A stretch of DNA of 64,000 nt from Fonticula alba ATCC 38817 (taxonomy: Eukaryota > Protista > Nucleariida). The notes under the pieces were generated by a model that saw only the letters and a program-made list of their open reading frames with translations, did not search any database and was not told the origin of the DNA. The first letter of the stretch is position 1; each line of letters opens with the position of its first letter. The stretch is taken from assembly GCA_000388065.2 (NCBI GenBank), contig KB932204.1, one strand, 5' to 3'. Positions 11,544-23,167 of this stretch are shown here, piece by piece. The position numbers were made by a program, and so were the translations under genes.

Positions 11544-12408
11544 CCAATGGGGGGGAGGAGGGGGCGCAAGAAAAGGGCAGGGAATGGGGAGGCGAAAGGG
11601 GGGGGGGGGGGGGGAGGAGAACCTTGAAGCGGCATCCTGCTCGTCGGTGCGCCGCCAGTCCTCTTGCAGAAGACTTTCCCCCTTGCACCGTCAGCCCCTT
11701 CGCCGACCACAGATGTAATAAGGCTCGCACCTCGCCGCTTCGGCTGCCTCTCAGAAGGCCGGTCATTTGCAGGACCTTGCCGCGGGGTCCCCCCCCTCCC
11801 GAGAAAATGCAGAAACTCCTGTGCGGAGGAGGTGAGGGATGCCCCTTGCGGTGCCGGCGAGACCGGCGGTCCTTCGCCGGCCCGTGTGGTGTTCGTCATG
11901 CCTGACCAAACCGACGCCCAAATCGGCCGCCCTTTTGGGGCGCAGCCCAGCTGGAATCCCACGTCCCCTGGTCGCCGCGGCTCTTGAGAATCCTGGCGCC
12001 CAGGGGGGAGGGGGTAGGCAGGCATCTGCCCCCCCGCCGCCCGGGGAGGCCAAGCAGCTAGGGAGGGGTCTCAGTTGTTCGCCATGACCGTGGGATGCTG
12101 CCAACGCACAAGACGCGCCTTGTTTACGATCTAATGGGTTGGCACTTGGGCGCCGTTCTCCCCTGGTCCCCCGAGCCCTTGCCTGTGCTTGGCACACACA
12201 CACACACACACACACACGCGCGCGTCCGGTCCGCCGGGTTTACGTCCCCCCCGGTGAGGAGGCCCGCCCGCGGCTCGGGCTCGGGAGAAGCAGCATGCTC
12301 GATCTCCTCGCCACTCTCACGACGAGGGCCCACCGCTCGGGGGATGACCATGTGTTTCTCTGCCAAACATGCAGTCTCTGGGCCTCTGGGCCCGGGTGGG
12401 CGAGAATG

Positions 12409-12478
12409 TGGCCGTGTGTGTGGCCGTGTGTATGGCCGTGTGTGTGTGGCCGTGTGTATGGCCTTGTGTGCGGCCGCT
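12409..12478. repeat. Degenerate 12-14 bp tandem repeat (tggccgtgtgt-r) in the amidase/MTRR divergent intergenic region
   Basis: About 5-6 units visible directly. Confidence 0.75.
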
Positions 12479-12724
12479 AGTTTGTCATTTGGGACGGCAT
12501 TCACCATGTCACGGACCACCGACGACACACACCCCCCCCCCCCCCCCCCCCCCCCTGAACGCCAGCCCCCATTTAATAATTGAACTCCGCCGCTTCTTGG
12601 GTCATTGTCACGGATCCCCCCCCCCCCCCCCCCCCCTCCTCACCCCCTCCTCTCCGCCTTCACCTTTTCCCTCGCCGAGTGTTCTGCGCGCCTCTTTGCC
12701 CTCCTCCCCTCCCCACTCGGCCCA

Positions 12725-15700
12725 ATGACCGCCGACCCTCGGACTCCGCCGCCCAACGCGGCTCTCTATGTATGGTATGCGTCGCAATCTGGCAACGCCG
12801 AAAGCATCGCCCGTGGTCTCGCTGCCGAGGCTACCTCCCTCGGCTACCAGGTCACTACTAGCTCGCTGGATGATTCTCCCCTGGTCCGTGCTTGGCCGCT
12901 CATGGCTGTGTTCTCTCCCCCTCTATATATATCTCTCTCTCCTCCTTCCGGCCGGCTGACACCCTGCTCCCTCTTCCCTGTCTCTGCTCGTGCATTTTAC
13001 TGGGCCTTTCTCTGCGTACATGGCCCGGGTGTCCATCGGGCATCTGCAGGTCCGTAGCAACGCCGAGTCCAGCCGGCATCTGGCGGTGATCGTCTGCTCG
13101 ACAACCGGCGACGGCGAGGTCCCGGACAACGGAAACCGCTTCTACCGGAACCTGCGCAAGCGCACGCACGGCCCGGCTGCCTTCAGCCAACTCACCTATG
13201 GCCTCCTTTGTCTGGGTGATACGAACTATGATTCCTTCTGTGGCGGTGGGCGCCGGCTCAAGAAGGGTCTCGATCGGCTGGGTGCGGTTGAGCTCTGCCC
13301 CATCGGGCTGGCTGATGAGGTGACTGGGTATGTAAAAATGTCGTCCCTTTGCCATTCCCCTTTCTTCCCCCTTCTTCTCTCTACTAACACACACTCTCGC
13401 AATCACGCCCATCACGCCCATCACGCCCATCACGCTCTTGCTCACTCAGACTCGAGACCGTCATGGACCCCTGGGTGGCTAACATGTGGCCGCGGCTGGC
13501 GGAAGCCGCGCGCGCGGCCCTGCCCCCCGGCTGGTCCGAGGATGAGCTCAAGTCCGGGACCGAGGCTGCTGCTCAGCCTGATGCTGCCTCCGCGGCGGCG
13601 GTCACCACGCCCGAGGTGGCTTCCCCTGACACTGTGGCCGCCCCGATGACTGGCACTTTCACATGTGACATCCCAGCTGGCACCATGGGTGTGGCAGTTG
13701 TGCCGCCGATTGATCCGGCCCTGCCGGGGCTCCCACGCCCGGAGGACCCGGTCCTCACGGAGCAAGAGCATGATGCTTGGGCTGCCAAGCTGGGTTTGCC
13801 GCGCTTGGCGGTTCCCCGGTCGGTGGCCATCTCTGTTGGCCGGGCCCCACGGCTGAGCGCCCTTCGACTGCATCCAACCATTGCCGGGGGGGCCCCGGCC
13901 GATGGTGCGCCCATCCGCTGGCGGCATCTGGAGCTCGGTACCATGATCCCTGTGGCCGCGCGCGTGGCCACCGCCCCCGGGGCCGTGCGGACGACCATCG
14001 AGCTGGCCTTGCGCATTGGCGACGGTTTTGGCGGCTTCGAGGCCACCGGCGAGCCGCGCCATGCTCCGGCCCTTGAGACTGGCAATGATGCCCACCTGAG
14101 CCGCTGGCGCGGGGGCGATGCCATGGGCATCATTGCTCCCAATGATCGGTCCCTGGTGCTTGCCCTGTGTCAGCGACTTGGCGTGGACCCGCGCGAGCAG
14201 TTCCAGCTGGTGGCCCCGAGCCAGGCGTCCGCGCCGGCCGAGGAGCTTGCCGCCGCGGAGAACCCCCTGCCGCATGTCCCCTCGCCGGCCACCGCGCATG
14301 ACATGCTTTCCTTCGGGCCGGAGCTGCGTGAGATGCCGCCGAAGGCGGCGATCCGGGCGCTGGCGGCCGAGGCCCCCACCGGGTCCTACTCACAGCGGAT
14401 CCTCCTCTTCCTGTCCAGCCGCTCCGGGGTGGCGCTGTATAATGCCTGGCGAGCGGACTTCCGGCCGACGGTGCTGGATCTGCTGGCCCTGGCGCCGGAG
14501 TGTCGCCCTCCTCTGGCCCGGCTGCTTGAGATCCTCACGCCGCTGACGCCGCGGTACTACTCGGTGGCCGGGTTTGGCCGGTCGGCCGAGCCGAATGACC
14601 GGTCCGTCGTGCGGGTTCTTTTCAATGTCCTTCGCGATCAGACACCGGCTGGAGCCGCGCGCGCTGGCCTGGCCACCACTTGGCTGGAGGGGCTGCTCGG
14701 GGGTCCCGGGGCCCTGGCGGCCGGGCCCTTCGCCGAGCAGCCGGCCTCGCTGGTCGAGGGCCCGGAGCTTGGGACCGAGGTTCGCCCCGGCGGGGCGCTG
14801 GATGCCTCATGCGATTGGTCCCAGCTGGCTGGGCATGATGGGCAGCCGCTGCCGATGCCGGAGCTGGCGGCCTTCCTCCAGCCGTCGTTGCACTTCCGCC
14901 TGCCTCCGGCCGGGCAGGAGCGTCGGCCGCTGGTGCTTGTCGGCCCGGGCACCGGGGTGGCTCCTTTCCTGGCCTTTTTGCAGGAGCGCATGGCGGCGCT
15001 GTCCTCGCGCGGCCTGTTGCTTAATGCCGGGCCTGATGGGGCGCCGGTTTTCGGTCCGATTGTCATGTATGCCGGCTGCCGGGGCCTGGATGTGGACCTC
15101 CTCGGGGCGGATGTGCTGCTCAAGGCCCTGAAGGCCGGGGTGTTGACCCGGCTGTCGGTGTCGGTGTCGCGCCAGGCCGGCCCACCGACCGGGACCCTGG
15201 CCGATGCGCCGGCCGGGTCCCTGCTGGGGACCGTGCATCATCTGCTGGCCCATCCGGCGGTGTTTGTTCGATACGGCGCGCATGTTTCCCATGCCATCAG
15301 CCTTGATGCTGACATTCTCCAGCCGCTGCTGCTGGGCGCGGGGCTGTCGGACGATGGCGGCCCGGACGCCGCGCGGACCTACGTCTGTGGGTGCGTGCTT
15401 GGTTTGTTCTTCCCCTTTGTCCCTCCACTTCTGCCAGGCCGTGCTGCCATGTGTTTCCTTCTGCCCTGGTGTCTTTTGTTGCCCCACTCCGCCATCCGGC
15501 TCCCCTTTTTGAGGCACGCTTTTAGGCTGACATCTTTCCCGTCCATCACAGCGATGCCGCGGCCATGGCAACCGGCGTGCGTCGGGCCTTTGCCGGCGTG
15601 CTTGCCGGTGTTCGAACCTTCGCCGACAGTCTCCCGGCCCAGGAGACCCTGGAGCCGCTGGGGCCGGAAGATGAGGCCTCCGTGGCCGAGAATCTCACGG

Positions 15701-15753
15701 CCATCCTCCAGTGGACTCGGCGCCAGCGTTACGTGCAGGACATTTGGACTTAG
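12725..15753 (+). CDS. MTRR: Methionine synthase reductase (diflavin oxidoreductase)
   Basis: Exons 12725-12883, 13050-13327, 13450-15390, 15552-15753. FMN motifs YASQSGNAE, CSTTGDGEVPDN, LGDTNYDSFC; DEVTGLETVMDPW; FAD motif PRYYSVA; VGPGTGVAPF; YVCGDA; C-terminal RYVQDIWT. No membrane anchor. Confidence 0.85.
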
Positions 15754-16253
15754 AAGAGGGGTGCCACTTGAAGCGGGAATGTCGGCCTTTTTTGCTGCCC
15801 CCCCCCCCCTCCTTCACTTCCGTGTGCTCCTCCTCGTCTCGTGCTGGGCCACGAAATCCCATGGGAAATGCAAGTGTGGACCTTCCGTTTGCTCGTCCCT
15901 CCCCCTCCCGCGCATGAAGTATAGAACCCCCATGACCACACAAGAGCCGTTTCCTTCCCCCACTTGCCCCCTCCCATTCCCCCTCCCGCAGAAGGAGCAC
16001 AGCCAAGTCGGCCCGTCTAGGCGGGGAAGAGGAGGTGGTAGACCCGAATATTGGGAGATGACAAGTGTGCTGAGCAAATGCGGAGGCCATGTAAATATAT
16101 ATACATCCATGCATGCATGAATATGTGTGAGCACGAGAGGGGGAGGGAGAGGGAGAGAGAGAGAGAGAGGGAGAGAGAGAGAGAGAGCACCAGACCCATC
16201 TATCAAGGGTAAGGTCAAGGGAAAAGGGTAAGAGGAACCCCCAACACCCTGCT

Positions 16254-19200
16254 TCACTCGGAGGAGTCGGTGGTTTCGGCGTCGGCAATGAGCAGCCACT
16301 CCGCAAAGCGCAGGAGCACATGGCGGAAAAGACCGCCCTCGGTGGCGCCGGGTCGGGTGCCAGGAAGAATGATGGGTGGCAGCTGGGCCCACGAGTGGAA
16401 GGCATGCTCATCGACCACCTCCTGATCGTAGAGCTGGTGTGCCAGCAGGAGGATCTCCTTGGAGCCGGACCACAGGCCGAAGGCGGCACTCCGCTGGCAG
16501 GCGGCCACTTCCTCGGGCGAGGCGCCCGCCGGGGGCAGAGGAATGACCGCCGCCTCGGCGGCCTCCAACTCAAGCAGGAAGGAGATCTGCAACGAGGGGG
16601 AGTTGATGAAGCGCCGGATGAGGTCCAGGCGTTGAGTGAGGATGTCCCCGGCGCCGGGGATCGGCTTGTCCGTGGTATTCCGGCGTTCGGACCAGACAAT
16701 GGCCTGGATCAGGCCGCCCAGGAGGACGGCCTGCGAGCCGAGGGCCGTGGCCGAAGAGGTGGCCCCCGAACCGAGGGCCGAAAAGGAGCTGTGCGCCGCG
16801 GCAATGTTCCGGTACAGGGTGTTGGCATTCGGCGACTCGAGAGTCCGCGCGTCCAGCAGATAATGTGCAAAGGAGGTGGCCGGCCGGCGGGAGGCATGCA
16901 CTGGCGAAGGGCGCGAGGGCCGGGAAGGGGACTCGGTGGAGTCGTCGTTTCCGGCGGCGGCGGCGGCCGACCCAGCACCGGCACCGGCACCGGCACCGGC
17001 ACCGGCACCGGCACCGGCACCGGCACCGGCACCGGCACCGGAGGCGGGGGCACCGGTGCCCCCGAGACTGAAGGATTGGAAGAGGGTTTCCAGCTGGGTG
17101 GGGGCTTTCCCGGGGGAAGGAGCAGCATCAGCGGAAGTGGAGGTGGAAGACCCCCCAGTCATTGGGGCCAGGGGGGTGCCGGAGGCAGGGCGCCGAGGCG
17201 CCGAAGCACTGCCAGCCGGGAGGGATCCCGATGGGGGGGTCTTGCCGGGGGGAACCGACGTCGGGAGGGGAGGCGGGCGGGACCGGGCCCCGGGAGTCGT
17301 GGGCAACAGATTCAGGAACAACGGGGACGAGGCAAAGGCCGATGGGGGTGCCACGGGGGTGGCCGGGGCGGACATCGCGGCCGCAGACGAGCCCTTCGCC
17401 ACACTGGGGCCCGAGACGGAGCTGGCCGCCGAGGTGGAGGACCGGGCGCCCGGGGAGGGCCATTGGGCATGGTTGCTGGAGCTGAGTGGCGAGTCGGCCG
17501 GCGAGTGGCCAGAGGAAAAGGCACGCCCCGGCCGGAGGTCCCGGCGATCGTGGCGGAAGTCCCGATAGTCGCGACTGGTCTCGGTGTTGCTCCGGAAGTC
17601 CCGGGCCCCGTCGATGCCATTGCCGCGGAAGTCTCGGCCGACGTCGCTGCTGCGGAAGTCCCGGCCATCAACCGCGCCGCGAGGGTCGCGCGCATCGCCG
17701 GCACCCCGGAAGTCCCGGCCATCGATGGGACCACGGAAGTCCCGGCTGCTCTCGGGACGGCTGCCAGTGCGGAAGTCACTGCGGAAGTCGCTGCGGAAGT
17801 CGCTGCGGAAGTCCCGGTGACTGCTGCTGATGCTACCGCCGCTCCCGCGGAAGTCCCGAGAGGAGTCACGGCCATCGCGGGTGAAGGAGGCGGGCGGCTG
17901 GCCGGGGCTGGGCGACCGGTGTGAGCCGAAGGGATCCATATGGCTGGCTCCTGCGCTCGACTGGGGACGAGTGGGGGCACGGGTGGATGGGCCCCGACCG
18001 GGTGGCATGGGGCGCAACTCGCCTGGGCCGTGGGCATATGGACAGGTCCGGCCTCGGGTACACACGCCGGAGCGATCGAAATTCTGCGAACAGGGGAGAA
18101 GTCGCCATGAGGAAGCCGGTCAGCAAGAGGGAGATAGAGAGGAAGAGAGGGAGAGGGGGAGAGAGGAAGAGAGGGAGAGGGGGAGAGAGGGAGAGGGGGA
18201 GAGAGAGGGAGAGAGGGAGAAAAATGGGGCAAGGATGACAGGCAAACCCCAGGACGCACTCGACAGGCGCTGGTCCGGTATGTGCGGCTCGCAATCTGCT
18301 GGTCAACCTCCTGAGTAACGACAGGCGGAAAGGGAGGGAAGAAGGGGAGGGGAGGGGGGCAGGGGGTTGGTAAGTAGGAGGGAGGGAGTGGGAGAGGGAC
18401 AGAGAAAAGAAAGTGTCCCAAGACCCTGATGATCAGCAGGAGACACACGCACGGGGCTGAAATCACAGAAAACATAGCCCTCATGAAGGCGGCTGCCAAT
18501 CATCTCCGAGCAGAACTGCCCGAAGAGAGTTCGAATATTGCTGTATGTAATGCTGAGAAGGCCGGAGAAGGCGCGGGGGGCGCACATCAAAGGGCGAGGG
18601 GGAGGAGGAGGAGGGGAGGAGAAGGTGAGCACCGGGGACAGGGGAAGAGGGAGGGAGAAGGGGTCCATCAGCCAGGCAAGGGAGCACACGCACATCTTAT
18701 TGACGTCAGCCATGGGGCGCCACTGAATCCTGACATTGTTCGAGTCGGGGATGAGCTTCAGCGAGGTGCGGAAGCTGGCATGAGCCAGAAAGAAGGTGAT
18801 CGGACTGGTGTCTCCGCTCTCCGTGAGAATGCTAGGGAGGGTGGCGGGTGAAGCAGCGGTAAGAATCGGGCACGGGGGCACATGTGCGAGGAACCAAAGA
18901 CCCCAGGGGAGGCAGGGACTCGAGCGGTGGGGGAGCGAGGGGGGGGGGGGGGGGNNNNNNNNNNGGGAGGGAGGGAGGAAATGTACCGAGAGCTCGAGGG
19001 GGGGACATATTCGATGTGAAGGTTGCTGGAGGAGAAGCCAAAGAGCTCCTCCACCTCGCGCACTACCGAGGAGAGGCAGTCGGCCGAGGGGCGCACCGGC
19101 CTGGGGCAGGGCGAGGCACAGCGATGGGGGGAGGAGCACACGTAAGTAAGTGCACGGGGAGGGGGCAGATGAGCGCGGACCAGGCGGGCGACCGACAAAG

Positions 19201-19506
19201 GCAGGGCAAGATGCGGCGCGCAACGAACACCTTGGGGAAGAAGAGCTGGGACGACGGATCGAAGGGATCATAGCAGAGGAGAAACTCCACGAGACCGCGA
19301 TCGAGAATCTCCGCCGGGCGGAAGCGCGCCGGCTGGGTGAAGCGCTGTGCGAGGTTACCGGGCGCTGGCGCGCCGTCAGAAGAGGCAGAATAGTAGGGTG
19401 AAGCGGGGCTGTGACCGGCGACGGCCGAGGAGGGGATGGATGCGCTGGGGTTCACACGGTAGATGATGAGGGCAGAGTACTTCTCCGTCGATGAGCGATG
19501 GTCCAT
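16254..19506 (-). CDS. Putative RNA-binding protein: RRM-like N-terminus + CCCH zinc finger + low-complexity region + C-terminal W2 domain
   Basis: Six inferred exons; first junction uncertain; last exon 18083-16254. RNP1-like EGYVFCDF; spliced finger YRTSAC-RNFDRSGV-C-TRGRT-C-PYA-H-GPGELR; W2-like AHQLYDQEVVDEHAFHSW..RFAEWLLIADAETTDSSE. Confidence 0.8.
16975..17040 (-). repeat. (GGTGCC)11 coding hexamer repeat encoding poly(Gly-Ala)
   Basis: gcaccg x11 on the + strand. Confidence 0.95.
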
Positions 19507-21400
19507 GGTGTGCGTGCGGGGGACGAGTGAAAAGACGGGGCGGGGGAGGAGGGGGGAATGGAGGGAGGGGGAGAAGGAGGGGGAGGAGAGAGAGGGTGGG
19601 GGGGGGGAGGGGGGCGGAAAGTGGGGCAGGGGGGGGTGTTGGGAAGAAGTAGAGAAGGCGGGGAGAAGAAGGGAGAGACCTCGGCCCAGTCGGTGCTGGC
19701 GCGTCGCCGCTCGCGGACTCCGAGTCTGCAAAGGGACTTTTCAGGCAACACCTTGCGGCGGGGGGGGGGGGGGGGGGGGGGGGGGGACCCGGGGCCCCCC
19801 CCCCCACCCCCAACCCCCCCCCCCCGGGGGGGGGGGGGGGGGGGACGGGGCGGGACACCGGGGTCCTCCCCCCGATCACCAGACCCCATCGCCCGAGGAG
19901 GGGCCGGGGGATCGGACGGGGACCGGACAGGGGGTATCCTGCCGAGTGGTCGGGCGGGGGCGGGTCGCCCGCCCACCCGCGCGCGCGCGCGCGCCTGTGC
20001 GTGCCGTAACCTTGCGTCAAGGACCACGCAGAAGAACATCTTTCAAGACGGGACGCGCCACCAATCCCCGCCCGGCTCGGCGCGCGTCCCACGGGCAACA
20101 CCCGGCCCCTTCCAAGAGCGACCCTGGGGGTATCCCTGTGCAGGACAGGGAGGCCGGGGGGCGGGGGGGGGGGCTGCCCAAGATGACATCGAAGTGTCGA
20201 GAAGCGGGGACGGCCAACTGTGCGTGGTCTGATGGGGGGGGGAGTCCTGCGCGAGGGCAGCAAGGCGTGCCTAATGACATTAGGTTCTGCCTCAAGGGGA
20301 GCGCGCCCCGGGCCCGAGCGCCCTCACCATCTTCCCGCGGTAGATTGGGACTCACAACCGAGGGGAGGGAATAATTGGTTTTTAATAATCGGCCGAACAA
20401 GCAAGCAGGGCACCTTCACGCAGTTTCGCGCCCATTTCTCTCGCTCTCTCTTTCTCCTTCTTTGGCCTCGGGGCTTTATGGATTTTGTCGCATCCCCTCG
20501 GACCGCCCTCGGATATTGGAGCCCGGTGCCTGGTGCCGCGAGACCCCCCTACCCCTTGGTTGTGCCCGCTCGGGGGGGAGGGGGAGCAGTGGAGGGGGGG
20601 CACATTCGCACAGGAGGGCGAGATGGCGTTCGCGAGAGCCCCTTCCTCCCCCACACTCTCGGACCTGGGAGGTCAAACATTTTCCCCTATGGCTAATGGC
20701 TACCGGCGTTAGATCACAGTGCCTCGGCCATGGCCGCCGAAGCGCGAAAGCCCCAACGGAAATAGGCTGCCACCCCCGGAGGTCAGGGCGTCTGGCGCCC
20801 GATCGTTGGCTCTTGGAGGGTCCGGCCCGAGGGCAGCATAATGCTATTTCATCGCCATATGCCGACGATCATGTCACTTCCATGCGGGGCACGCCGGGGA
20901 TCTTCTTCCCGGCCCCCCGGCTGCGCCTGGCTCGGCCATCGGACGGTCTTTGTAAGACACCCCGAAGCCGCAGGGCCCTCCTGTGGCCCCCCCCCCCCCC
21001 CCCTCCCCCGGCTCGTTGCTTGGCCGGGAGGCCACGCGTTGGATCCCGGCCGAGGGTCCACGTTTTCGAAACTCTGGCGCGTTATCCCTGTGTTCACCTG
21101 CCCTTCCCCTCCCTCGGCCTTGCGTCTGCCGGCGGCTGGCGGGGGGCCCTCGGGATTGTGTCTCCTGCCCCGAAGGCGGCGGCCCATGGGGTGGGGGCAG
21201 GCAGGCAGGCGGGAGGCCGACGCGGTGGGGGTCTCTGCGGCAGCGGCCACCGCTTCAGCCAGGGGGGGGGGGGGGGGAGGCGCCAGCCGAATAGCCAGCA
21301 CCCAGGCGCCCCTCCGGGGGCTGCCCGGTGGGGCTGGGCAGCACCCTTCGCTCTCCCCTTCCTCCTTACCCTCCTCCCCTACTCGCTACTCGGTTCTACC

Positions 21401-22863
21401 ATGCTCTCTGTTGTCAGCTCGGCTTCTCGCACCTCCCTGTTTGGTGGTGCTCGCGTGTCGGCTGTGTCCCTGGCTCGCGCGCACTTCACCACCGGCAATG
21501 TGGTGGCTTCGTCCGATGCCGCCCCCGGCGATGAGGTGAAGCCGGACATGAAGCTCCTTTCGCGCCTGCGCAAGGAGACCGAGCTCAGCATCAAGCAGTG
21601 CGTTCGCCAGCTGGCCAGCCGGGTCCTCCTGCTCACCACGCCCCTGCGGCGATGGGGGTTTCCCGTCCCCCGTATCTGACCATGTGCGCTGTCATTCGGC
21701 TGACCCCTCCCCACTCCCCCCGGCTCATCTCGCAGCGTGCGCACTGCTCTGATCAAGACCAACAATGACTATGACCTGGCCCTTGAGGAGCTGCGCAAGC
21801 TCGGCGCCTCGGTCGCCGCCAAGGTGTCCGGCCGCTCGATGGGCGAGGGTCTGGTCTTCTCTTTTGTCAAGGCTTCCGACGCCTCCTCCTCCCTGATGAT
21901 GGAGGTGCGTAATGCATGTCACCGTCAAATGGCACCCCCCTCCCCCCCCTCTCCCCGGAGAGGGCTCCATGTGTCATTTCCCCCGCTTTGCCCTTTTCAT
22001 TGCCGGCGTCACTGCCGCCGCCGCCGCCGCCGCCGCCGCCGCCTGCGTTCCATCCTGCGCAGTCGCTAACCCAACGCCGAATATGCCAGATGAGCTGCGA
22101 GACCGACTTCGTCGCCTACAGCCAGCTCATGCAGAAGACCTCCACTTCGGTGGGCGAGCGCCTGCGCGCCATCTATGAGGCTTCGCCTTCGGTGACTGCC
22201 GGCGCCCTGCGCTCGGCCACCCCGTCCGAGGAGCTTACCACCGACCCGGAGGTCAGCGCCTCCATGCACGAGCTGGTTGGCAAGCTGAGCGAGAACATTG
22301 CCCTGCAGCGTGCGGTCCTGCTGAAGGCCCCGCGCGGTGGTCTGGTCGGGTCGTACACCCATCTGCGCACCGCTGAGGACATCGGCGGGCGCCTGTCGGC
22401 CTCGGTGGTCTTCGCCCCGGCGGCCCCGGTGGAGGAGGACTTCACCCCGTCCGAGGAGCTGAAGGACTTCGCCAACAAGGTTGCCCAGCATGTGGTTGGC
22501 TCCACCGGCCCCGGTGCTGTCGGTGTTACTGTGGCCGATCTGCTGGAGCAGCCCTTCCTCTTCGACCCGTCGACCACCGTCGCCAACCGTGCGTTCCCGC
22601 GGCACCGGTCTCCGGTTGGGCCACCTCCGCGACTTTTCGCTGCCTGCTCTTCCTCTCTCTCTCTCTCTCTTACTTTGCCTAACCTCCCCGTTATTCTGCT
22701 CCCCCCCCTGTTCCTCAACACACACACACACACAGTGATCAAGAAGCACGCCCAGTCCACTCCCGGTGGTCTCGAGCTGGCCGGCTTCGAGCGCTTCGAC
22801 GTTGGTGTTGGCCCCGCCTTCGCTCTGGCTTCCGGCGAGTCCAGCACTGAGGCTTCCAACTAA
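21401..22863 (+). CDS. TSFM: Mitochondrial translation elongation factor Ts
   Basis: Exons 21401-21598, 21736-21904, 22090-22588, 22736-22863. Presequence-like N-terminus; LRKETELSIKH..ALIKTNNDYDLA; EMSCETDFVA; KLSENIALQR; FERFDVG. Confidence 0.93.
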
Positions 22864-23167
22864 GAGCTCTCCTCTCTCCCCCTCCCCCCCCCCCTCAACC
22901 CGCCCCTCCTCCCTGTCCCCCATCATTCGGCGTCCGCAAATTGTACTACCTTCCTTTCCTTCCAAACAATGTACCTCCAGGATGCATGTCACCCATTGAG
23001 TCCCTCATTCCCCGGCCGCCCTGGCCTTTTCCCCTGTCCCTGGTTCTGCCTCGCCCCCGCTTCGCTCTCTTGCTCGCCGAATTCGCCGAAGGATTTCCCG
23101 AGCTCGCTTTGCCACTGTGGCAATCTATTTTGGGCCATTTTCCGGATTCCCCCAACCGGGTGTCATT

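Noticed and set aside
20400-21400. Possible snRNA, snoRNA or SRP RNA in long intergenic regions (also 44400-45300 and 59200-60500)
   Set aside because: No Sm site, C/D or H/ACA architecture, or SRP/RNase P core motif was recognisable by eye; an Infernal/Rfam scan would be needed to exclude them.
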